DNA of 64,000 nt from Zygnema circumcarinatum SAG 698-1b (Eukaryota; Plantae; Zygnematophyceae), in assembly GCA_037447605.1 (NCBI GenBank), contig CM074805.1, positions 2,885,361 through 2,949,360 on the forward strand. The letters run 5' to 3'. The position numbers were made by a program, and so were the translations under genes. The notes beneath the pieces were generated by a model. It saw only the letters and a program-made list of their open reading frames with translations, did not search any database and had not been told where the DNA came from. Of the stretch, positions 20,820 to 31,288 are shown one piece after another (the stretch's first letter is position 1; every line of letters starts with the position of its first letter).

Positions 20820-22846
20820 TTACCGTACTTCTTGGTTTGATGCTCGATTAAAAAGATCAGGAGACCCAAATGCTCCCGAACGAACGGTGGGTGACTCCAG
20901 CGAAATTCGAGCCATGCGACTAGCTGGAATTCTTCTGCTATCAGACAATCCGCCGGTGGAAAGTCCGTCTTTTCCAGTTTGGCCAGTGACACGCGAAGAT
21001 CTACTGCTGGGGGTGGCCGTGACAGCTGATGAAGCAGTTCCCGAGGTGTTGGGATGAGAAACGCTGCCATTTGGGCTTCTGAATCGTTGAATTCTTGCCC
21101 TTGAAAGCGAAAACAACGGAAGGTGTAGCCTGCTTGGGCAATGTCGCTGCACCCACGGATGCACTGCCACATCAAAAACACACGACCACACGAGCAGTTT
21201 AGAAAAAGAAGAAAGCAGACCAAGCCTCACGGCTAGAAGCAAACTTTACTTACTCTGCCCTAAGGGCGTGAAGCTTTTGCGGTTTCCTAACGTTCATGGC
21301 TGTTTACCTCGGGCCTCTTGCGGAGTGATTCTGCGGATGGGGTCCAGGATGAGCATTCGGCAAACGAGGTCCTTCGCCTCGCCGGATATCATCCTCCACG
21401 AGCCGCGTTCCACATCAAAGACGCCTGCTTTGATTTTCGTGAATATTCCTCCGAGTGTTTCCGACCAGAAAGGAGGCACCCCGCTGAGGAGTATGTACAG
21501 AATGACGCCTAAGCTCCACACGTCCGCCTCCAAACCGTATGGGCCGTCTATAACCTCCGGCGCCATGTAGAATCTGCAAACCAGTTTTAAGTAGTGTTAC
21601 TTCACGCTTAAACTTTCAGAAGCGGAATCAATATACCCCACATGATCCCGACTCCGACTTCAAGGCGGAAACACCTACTGTGTTCCAACTGGCTCGCTCA
21701 GCTTCACGCCGCGTCGCACGAATGCCGCCTGCCCAAAGTCTGCCACTTTGATGGCAGTGTTGGAGTCGGCGGACGCCATGAGGATGTTCTCCGGCTTGAG
21801 GTCGCGGTGCATGAGGCCCCGCGCGTGGCAGTGCTCGAGAACGGAGAGGAGGAGGCGGCAGACCGGCGCGGCCTCCTCCTCCCGGAACCGCTCGCGCAGC
21901 TCGATGCGTTCGAACAGGTCGCCGCCCTCGCAGAGCTCCGTGATAATGTGGACACTCTGAAGAAAGCCACAGACCCAGGGTCAGTGTTCCATCGTTGGAC
22001 TTACATTAACTTGAATAGTTGATAAGAAAAACCTTCGCCTATACCGACAGTCTATTATTTACCATACCATTGGTCATATTATATGATCGATCGCTCTATC
22101 CCCTCCTCTCTCCCGTCTCTCTTCTCCCTTCTCTCTTTCCCCATTTCCTCCTTTTCTCCCGTCTCTCCTCCCTCTTCTCTTTCCCCTCCGCTGTCTCGCC
22201 CTTTCTCTCCACCTTCCCCCCTACCGCTCTCTCTGTCTCTCCCTCGGCCCTCCCTCCCTCCCCCCCTTAGCGAGGCCTGCCTGACCTGGTGATCCTCGAG
22301 CACGGCGCGCATGTGCACGACGCCGGGGTGCGCGGCCGCAGTCCTCAGCGCGCGCACCTCCGTGCGCACGCGCTCCACGTCGGCGGCGCAGCGCATGGCC
22401 GCCTTGGGGAGCGTCTTGCAGGCGAGCCTCTCGCCTGTCTTCCTCGCCACGCAGCTGTGCACCACGCCCGCCATGCCCGCCCCTAGCCGCTCGCCCAGCA
22501 CGTACTGCTCCTCAATGCTGCTGTACGGCACATTCAAGATGTGTTCAGTGAACCTGTTCCTCTTCGTGTCCCCCGCAGCCTCCCCCCCCCTCTCCTCATC
22601 CTTCTTTACCTTCTCCTCCTTGTTATGTTTCTCTGCTTTGTCAGACCCTTCCTCCTTGATGGCTTTCTCCTCTTTGACGGGCTTCTCCTCCTCCCCGCCC
22701 TCCGCCGCCTGCACTACCTGCGGCTGCGCGCTGCGCATGGCGGCCGTGGGGCCCTCCTTGGCGGCGGCGGCGGCGCAGGGCGGCGACTGCGGTTGCGGCT
22801 GCGGCCTCCGCGCGGCGAGCGGCGAGAAGGCGGCGAAGCCGCGCAT
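20820..22846 (-). CDS. PEPC-kinase-related (PEPKR-like) Ser/Thr protein kinase of the CDPK superfamily, no EF-hand domain, about 480 aa
   Basis: Exons 22846-22286, 21956-21679, 21573-21308 and 21163-20820 with consistent phases. All catalytic motifs are intact: [64 protein letters not shown]. The C-terminal tail is Ser-rich with no EF hands. An alternative start is at 22888, and the last exon boundary is less certain. Confidence 0.88.
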
Positions 22847-24134
22847 GGCGGGCGGGCCGACCCACTCCGCCGCGCGGCGCCCCCTCATGTACGCCCAGGC
22901 GAGGCCGCTTCGGGTGGCACCTGCCGCCCGTGCGGGATGAGGTGGACGTACACGTGGCGAAATCCTTACGATTCGTACACGCACCGACATATCCAATCCG
23001 ACGGTGGCGCGATGCGCCATTGCACCGCCCGCCCGCCGCGGCAAAATGGCGGAGCCGACAAGCAGGGGTCATGTGTACGGAGATAAACAGACAAAACCGA
23101 TTCTGCGGGCGGTTCCCCGGCGTAGAGAGCGGGCGAAAAACGACAAGCCGGGAACTCACATGCTAGGACAAAGAGGAGATTTGTCGGTGGAGGGATTTCG
23201 TACTTCCCGCGAGATACCGTACGATTGCCGACAATGGCACGTGCGAAGCGGTGGCGGTTACCACGCGCCGCGCGCGACAAAACGGTCCAACTCTCCGCCA
23301 CAACCGAGGGCCGCGCGAACCGCCCGCAAGGGCCCCATTATGGCGCCGCCACGTGGCACGCCGGACGCGGGTCGCCCCCGCGCCTGCGTCACCCGCAAAA
23401 GGTTGGAACTGCCGCCGGCGGTAACTGGCGGTCGCGTCTGCGTCCGCCACGTGTCCCATTTGAGCCTCCTCTGAATTCTGGGAAGCACATGCGGGGAAAG
23501 GTCAAAACCCGAGGGACCCAGCTGTTATCCCTACCGTAGGCCTCGTAGCTCTGACGTACGGTATGCCAGAAATCGAGGCAGTAGGGCATGTCAAGCTTTG
23601 ATGTTCTGTTACTGTAAGGGATATTTCGAAATCAGCACTTTTAACCTCTCCTTCTACTCAACTGTGTAAACTATTTCGAGTTCAAAGGTTTCAAGAAATG
23701 TCAAAGATTGATACACCGTGGTTGGGAGGCAACGGCACCGACTAACTGGAGCAGTCGCATGTGTTACTCGTCTAGGCTGGGCCAATCAGAGTGTCCCAAG
23801 TCCAATGCGATGCCACGCGGCAATCTCGCATTGGTTCCACATGCGCCGCGATCGGCTGGCTGGCCGCGCCATGTGCCCGCCAGCGCGGCCGCCTGAGGCC
23901 GCCCCGCGCCCGCATGTGCCCCCGCTCACATGCGCCAAGCCGCGCGGCCGCGCCAGCTGGCGGCCCGAGGCCCTGTCCAGGGGTCTCCGGAGTGGCCGTA
24001 CAGCGAGGCGGCGGGCGCCGTCACGTCACGGGACGGGACGGGCATGGAGGCGCTCAGTTCCGGAGCCCGCGGACTGCGTCCGTCCGTACCGGGGCGAGCG
24101 CAAATTCCGCGTTCTTGCGATTGTGGAACCATTA

Positions 24135-24332
24135 GAGGGAGTCAGACCTTGACCATCGCCAAACCAATTTCGTAAGCCTGTCGGGCGAATTAAGATTGGC
24201 TAGGTACGCATTTCGGAGCGGCTGTGTACGGCGGAGCCGCGGATCCCGACCCGGAATTCGTACACGAAACTTTGACTTTTAGTATACGGAATTCGGGAAT
24301 TTCGTAAGCGATGGTCAAGGTCTGACTCCCCC
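24135..24332. mobile_element. MITE 'C' (198 bp), TA-flanked, TIR related to MITEs A and B
   Basis: 25-bp TIR GAGGGAGTCAGACCTTGACCATCGC / GCGATGGTCAAGGTCTGACTCCCCC (1 mismatch), with flanks catTA and TAtta. Confidence 0.85.
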
Positions 24333-24389
24333 TATTATTGGAGCAACTATTTGGTCGACGACGTCTTGCTGCCATTCGTTGGCGGTGCA

Positions 24390-24865
24390 GCCAACCATCG
24401 CCGATGGTTGCCACCATTGGTTGGCGGAGCACGGCAACCACATCGGATGGCAATGGTGGCCAACTATAGCCTACTATAAGAAAGGCACCTACTTGAATAA
24501 TAGATTTTTTTTGTTAAGTTGTTTCAATCAAAAGTGCATTTTATATTTAGTGGTGAAGCACTCCCTCTCTAGCGTAGGGTGGAGGTGTGGGAGCAAGTTT
24601 CTACAGATTTTTGGGATAATTTTGGTAGTGGTTTAAACCGCTGGCAATTATAGACAAGCACTGGATCCTTCCAGTGGTTGCCAACCATTGCCACATTTGC
24701 ACCCATTGATTGGCAGACCAACTAACAATTTCCAATCCTTACAAACCATTGACGTTGGACCCAGCCAGCGATTGCCAATGGTCTGAATCACTCCTTGGCA
24801 ATGGTTGCGAACCATTGGCCGATTGATTGGCCGTTGGTTCCCGATCCAGTAAGTCCGACCTGTAG
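24390..24865. repeat. CCATTG/CAATGG degenerate array repeat, copy 1 of about 5
   Basis: Dense AACCATTGG / CCAATGGTT units ending in GTCCGACCTGT. Related arrays are at 43985-44245, 46220-46312, 56835-57075 and 57735-57890. Confidence 0.7.
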
Positions 24866-26159
24866 AACGCTGCTCGCAACGGCGCAGCCGCTAGCGACAT
24901 ACCCGGTTGACCGCAAACCTGATTCGGAGTGTGGATGTGGTTTGCCACAACCACTTTGCACGAAATGCATGCACTTAATGAAGAGGGCAGGCTAGGGAAT
25001 AGTACCGGGTCACTTCGTTCCAAAGGTGGAATGCTCATTGGGCGGCGCACTGACGCACGTGTAACGGTGTATGTATTATCAAGTACCGTGTTGTGAAAAA
25101 CGACGCGGTAGGACCTATGACGACCCAGTTTCTATGTTGTCCCATGTGCACAATGTGCAATATCCAAGCGTTTGCGTGTCTCTGATTACTAGTTAGTTGG
25201 GCACTAATGAAAAGATCGCCTCAACAAAATTATGGCAAACATCTCCCGTTGCCATTGCTGGGCAAGAGTTCATATACTTTATTAAACCTTCCAAACGTCA
25301 TACTTCGGCTGCTAGAAGAGTGAGGAGGAAAGGCTTTCAGAATGCATTGATGGACAACCAAGTGCGAGCGAGTAGACCCATTCTTAAAGGAACGCTTGGT
25401 ATTGACCCAGCAGCTGAAGCCTACGAACAAAGAGGGCTTGTTCTTCCATTGTAGGGTCGTATTTTGCCAAATCGTCGAGGACAGGGCTGCATGTAATTAA
25501 CCACGACACCAGCGTTTTGTCGTTCATTTCGTTTGACATTAGGGGAGCACGTGCACTCAAGGGGTGGACTTCGCATCAAATTGATGGAGTTGGGTCAACG
25601 CTGTATCTTTGAATTTGAATTGGAGGAGCTTCTGTCTTATTGCATGCCTTTGAAAGGGCGAGACTGTAAGAAGTTTTCCATTTGGTTGGCTCCATGGTTG
25701 ACGTGTTAACGCTTTTCCAATACATCGTAATAATTAGAAGGTAAACATGCTGAAATAGAACACTAGGTTTGCAGCCACTTGAAGAAGAAGAGAAAAAGCG
25801 ATGACGAAAGGACGCGAAGATTGGCCAGGGACAATGCAGGCAAGGTTTGTGAACTCCAGTCAGCATCGTGAGAGTCCGCTGATAGTATTAGTGCAAGCAG
25901 GCATATGAACATGCACGCAGTGGTCCACATGGAGATCCATCATCAAGAAGCTCAAATAGAGGCAACACACTCGTAGCAGTAAAGTAAGTAAGCTACTAGC
26001 TGTTATGCTCAGCGCTGAGACGGGCAAACGTGTGGAGGGCATCTCCTGAAGAAAATGAATTTGTACCAAGTAAAGCACAGTCAGGGTCATATTATGCTAA
26101 GGTAACAAAGCAGGTGAGTCAAGTTGAAGTGCCAACTTGCACAGGATATCATGTCACCA

Positions 26160-26278
26160 CCTCAGGTCCCGATGCGTAGGCTGCTCAATCCTTGGAACTT
26201 AGATTACGTAAGATTACGTAATCCTTCGTTGGAGGCTAAGTAGCAAGGATTGAGCAGCCTACGCATCGGGACCTGAGG
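26160..26278. other. Perfect 35-bp inverted repeat (hairpin); candidate pre-miRNA/hpRNA or small foldback
   Basis: CCTCAGGTCCCGATGCGTAGGCTGCTCAATCCTTG (26160-26194) is the exact reverse complement of 26244-26278. Confidence 0.6.
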
Positions 26279-27912
26279 AGGACCTGAGGATGTGAGCTTC
26301 CAATTCAGGTGGGATCACGACCAAAGGATGAAATTCTCTTTCAACTATGACACCACCTCGGTGTCCCGTTTCATTGGCATTTGCCATTTGCGGATGAAAC
26401 TGAGAGAGCAAGCTGCTGAACTGAAAGAGCACTACATGCCTGGCCGAGGAGAATGCAGATTACCGTACTGAATCACACCATTCTCCATTCAAGATATTTT
26501 TGCATGCCAGGAGAAGTCAAGTCTAGATTTGCCAATCAATCCATTAATCTAATTTAGCCGCTCCGCTGAATTAGTTTGCATTCGCAGCTGCAAACAGTTT
26601 CATCGAGAAGCCATTGCGTTTCATTAAGACACGAAAAGAGTGAATCTCTCAATATTTTAACCATCAACAGGCGCAAGTCATTCCGAGGACTGACAGGTCC
26701 CCAGCGCGGGTCGCCTCGCAAAGCTTCCTGCGCATGACTGGGCGTGCCGCTCCCAGCAGACTACGGTAGCCCCCTGCGGCCTCTGCGCGGTCCACCTGCG
26801 CCATGGGGCCTGAGCCAGCCAGCCGATGCCCCGCTCCATGCCCATGCCCATGCCCATGGGGCCCCCTGCCAGTCAGTCTGCCGCATTCATCTATTCCATC
26901 CCATGCGGCCAATGCCGCATCCGCATCGCCAAAATCCGACCGATGCTACCGCTGGAGGCTCCACGTGGCATAGGGTCAGCCCTATTCGCTCCAAGTGCGT
27001 ACGGCCCTCCGATCCTTCGTACTGTACGTCGGCGAGGCCCCACCACGTACGGTATTGCTGAGCTGGCGGCCTCTTGGCCCCGTGGCCGCGTAAATGCCGC
27101 CGCGCGCCGACAGCTCCCCCGCGAGGGCGCCAGATCCTCTCTTGCGATCGCGCCGCTATTGGCTCCGGGGGGCCGCGCCAATCAGAGCGCGGGGTCGCGC
27201 CAGCCTGGTGCGAGATCCCACGAGGCGGGCGCTCCCGTACAGCTCAGCGCCCGCCCGCCACGCGGCGAGCCTGCACTCGCTGCCGGCGTGGGCCGGGTCG
27301 GTGGGCCGCGGGACAGTCCGCTTCCCGCGGGCGCGGGCCAATGGGAGCGCGCCGGGCCGGGGACATTTGTCGGTGGATATTAATAGGCCGTACGAAGAGG
27401 CCCGCGCGCGATGCGGCGGTTGCGGCGCGCCCTTGCCGTACGGCGCGGCGGATTGGCCGCCGTTGCAAATTGCCGTTTGGAGGTTTCCTGCCGCCGCTCT
27501 GGATTCAGCGGCTCGCGCGTGCGAGCCGCGCGCGGGTCAACGCGAAACTGCCGAGGCGGGCGGTGCCCCAACGGCCGCACGGAGCCGCCATGGAACGCCG
27601 CGTTCGCACGTGCGAAGGCCTCTCGCGAGGCCACGTGCGGCTAGCGGGCGGGTCGCCGAGGCGGCCCCGCGGCGGCTCCGCGCGAGCCGCGTGGCAACGT
27701 GGGCGGCCGCCCTGGCCCGCCTGGCGGCCTGCCTGCCCGCGGGGGGGGATCCGGCAGCGCCCGCGGCTTTCAAAAGAGCGGCGGTGCAGCCGTCGGGGCT
27801 TGGTCGTAGCCCGCCTCCAGCCACCGCCCGGGACGCTCAGCCTCAGAGGTCGGCGCCTCTAAAGGATATAATTCCGCGCAGCGGCTTAGGGTTCGAGTGA
27901 GCAGAAGCGGCC

Positions 27913-29974
27913 ATGGGTTCCTCAAGGTTTGCGCCAAGGCCCAAGCACAAGAGGGCCTTGTCGGACGACATGTTTCTCTCGCCGTTTGTGCAGACCGTGG
28001 AGATAGGAACGCCAGGCTCGCTGGAGTACCGCGTGCTGTATGGCGACGACAGATGGCAGCGCCAGTTGTCGCCATGGCACGATATCCCCCTTCGTACCGA
28101 CGGAAACTTCGTCTCGTGCATCTGCAAGACGCCGGCGGGCAGCTGGGCGCGCCACGAAGCAGCTGCCGATGAGCCCTTTAACCCTCTCCGACTGGTAAAG
28201 AGCTACAGGGACATCAAGGAAGGCGCGAAAGAGGACCGCCGCAGCCGGCCGCTGGATGCTCAGCTGGTCGCGGAGGAGATTGCTCCCACAACAACGGAGC
28301 GGCGCGCAGGATCTGGGAGGCTTCTTCCTATCCCTTCGCTGTTGGGCCTTGAAGACAAGGAGGTGAAGGACTCCAGAGAGAGCACCCAGTCTGCACGTCC
28401 GGCACATTACCCCGACAACGCGCCATGGAATATTGGCTGTCTACCGCAGACATGGACTAAATGGGCCTCTGTCGGTGAGGAGGCCGACCAGCCCGGCATG
28501 CTGGAAGTGATCGACATCGGGCTGTGCAAGCTTCGCCAGGTGGGCGAGGTGTACCTCGTGAAGCCGCTCGGGGCATTCCGGGTGGAGGACCGCGGAGCAG
28601 GCGCGTGCTGGAGAGTGGTGGTCATTGCAGCAGACGACGCCATGGCGGAGCTCTTTCAAGACACGCGGGATGTGCCCCTGTACCTGCCGGGCATCTGGGA
28701 CCAGATTCGCGACTGGCTGAAGACGTCCATGGCGGGAAGGAAAGGTGAGCACTCATGATGGTGTTGCTACTCGGAGTTCTGCTGGGCTTGATCTCTTCTT
28801 TCTTGCAGAATACGTGTCGATTTTCCAATGCATGAAAAGTCCCTGCACAGCACTGTCACGTAGTGGAAAAGATGCTCGTGTGGTACTTTCTTATAACTTG
28901 GCTGGATGGAGGGAAAGGTCAGACTCTAGCAAGAAGCATCATGTAATCGAACCAGTTCAACGGACTGTGTGCAGCTTGGTCGAAACCCGGGGTCTCGTTT
29001 CCAGTTTCACCTTACTGTAGTTCGGGATGAAGCCCGATATTTGTGAAATGTATAGTTTATTGCTCAGTGAGGCTTAAGCGGAGTCTTGCAGTCTTGCTGA
29101 TTGTCCAGGGTCTGCCTAATAAGCTTTCTCCAGTCTGATTCTCCACCCTTCTTGATGTGTGGCGCCAACGGTACGTGACTTGCCGCAGTCATATTCCTCC
29201 TACTTACAGAGGTCCTGCTGTTTTGTGGAATGTCTTGCAGGTTCAAAAAGGACTGGGATACATGTCAGCCGCCCGTGCCCCGCAGCATTGACCCGCGCCC
29301 GAATTGCCGCAAGCTATGAGGCATGGCGCCACTACAGCACTCGGCAGTCGGCTGTGCGGAAGAGCCTCACTCTGAAAATACCGGCTCCGCTGTCAGCGGC
29401 TGTTCTAGCGACAGCTTGGAAGAAGTACACCTGCTCAGACTCGCAGTCCACCTCCACCCCCATAAGCTTAACATGCCCGGCTGCCCTGTCAAGCACCTTT
29501 TGGGACCCTTCTTGGAGTGAGGTGCAGCCCCAAAAGCCGGTTGTTTCTGCTTCGACATCACCGTCGCATAAGGGGGAGTCGCCGGCATTGCCTTTGAGGG
29601 GACTTTTGACGTTGTGGAACCGCGTGATGAGCAGCAACATTGCGCGTGTGAAGCCGCAAGCAAAGCAAAAACCTCAGGTCCTTGAACCCGCTTCAACTAT
29701 TTTTCAAGGCCCGGTTCCGGGAGTCTACCATACTGAGGGATTTGTACAAAGTAAAGCTTGCAACTTCGATGCCCCCGACTCCTTCCACAAGTATTGTGCT
29801 ACCCCCGGTCGGGTTGAAGAAGAGGAAGAAGAACTGTTCCCGCAGCTCACGAGATCGAACACAGAGCCGTCGTCGAGAAAAGATTACCACGCCTTCCACG
29901 TCTCTCGGACGCCTGTACCCGCCCACTGGACGCCGGCGGTTGTCTTTCCCAGGCGAGGGTTGAGGCAGTTGTGA
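27913..29974 (+). CDS. Divergent family I soluble inorganic pyrophosphatase-like protein (PPa6/IPP1 fold), probably catalytically dead, with a long C-terminal extension
   Basis: Exon 1 (27913-28744) has LSPWHDIPL, PFNPL, YPDNAPWNIGCLPQTW, EVIDIG...VGEVYLVKPLGAF, AADD and PG..DQIRDWLK, all matching the eukaryotic PPase scaffold. A short exon 2 starts at 28809 (end uncertain, 28838 or 28859). The last exon runs from 29241 or 29286 to 29974 and contains ARIAASYEAW, the terminal helix. Confidence 0.8.
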
Positions 29975-31288
29975 CCCTTGACTTCGGCTTTCGGCTTTTG
30001 GTCATTAGTTGTGAAGGTGCTGGAGAGGCCTGCACTTTTCAATAAAATTTCATTCGTTTAGGACAGCTGTAAAATAGAAATTCATTTGCTTCCTGTTCTT
30101 TTTTCGGGCTCCATGCGCGCCGCATGGAGGCTGCCACGAAATCAGTGGAGGAAGCCATTACCCAATAGGCTAGTTATCTTGAAGGCATCCTGCCTCTTGA
30201 TGCCTTCCATATAGAATTAGTGAGCGTTTCCTGCTGGAACATGTAGTTGAAATTAATTTTGTCGTTGCCCATGTTTGTTATTTAACCAATCACATGGCCA
30301 GTGTATACATTGTCACAGCTGTATTTTGTCGCGGTTATGACTTGCGCCACGGGCTGAAAATGTTCCTTTGCCGTTCTTAAAATTTTAGAATCTGCTTGTT
30401 ATGCATTCATCGCCCGCGCTCAAGAGGCAGCCTCTGCTGCCATTGACGATGTGATGCATCTGCTGGGGACAGTTGTAAACAATGACAGTATGGTTTTCGC
30501 GGTGGAGGGTTGGCCAGTGGATGCTTGTAAATGTATTGCAAGTCTTGGAAGTTAAACCACTGAAGCTGAATGTGAGCGCGAGTTCTCTGAGTTACCTGCG
30601 CCTAGCAATAGGACTTCCGAAAACAAAAAAAAATGAAGAAGATTCGAAGATTGTCGAATCAGTAGCTCGCACTTCCGTAGTCTTTCCATTTCGTGTGTTT
30701 GATGCATCCGACCGCGTTACGAATAGTCAAACGTCATTTGCGGCGCTCAATGCTGAAGGTACGACATAGCACCCGGAGAGGACATCAACGTCGAACCAAA
30801 CACACGAAATTCTCAGCATTGCTTGACTACGTGCTCTACTGCAGTGTGAAGGTAGCGCCGTGAGCTCGCGCGGGACGCACAGCGCATGGTTCAAGGCGCA
30901 CCAATCTTGTCGTAACGCTATGCGTCCTTCTGCTATGCTAGTTAAACCAGTCAAAGGCTATGAGGGACAGTCGCTCTAGAGTAATGCCTTCCACCTATCA
31001 TTGTTCGTATGAAAATACATGCCGTAGTCGTTGTTGCATGTCACAGACTAGCACAAGGATCCAAAACAATCCGGAGTTTGGCGCACGAGCTGTTCCAATC
31101 ACACAATGTTGTGTTCAACAAGTTCGATGTGTGCGACACTCCGTTGAAGCGAGCGTGCTATGCCGCCATAGTTTAACGGTGGAGATTCGGATGTGTAGCA
31201 GTTCCCCGTTGAACTGTGACATGGAGCCCCGCTCGCCCCGGCCCCTCTGCCAGCGAACCCGCGCAAACGCCAGACACGTGGCGCTCGG

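Noticed and set aside
23519-23533. TAGGGATAACAG (minus strand), resembling LSU rRNA or the I-SceI site
   Set aside because: Only a 12-nt match, and the flanks are not rRNA-like.
26664-26912. 82-aa minus-strand ORF with GHGHGHG
   Set aside because: The His-Gly run comes from three ATGGGC units. I could not link it to any downstream exon with a recognisable product.
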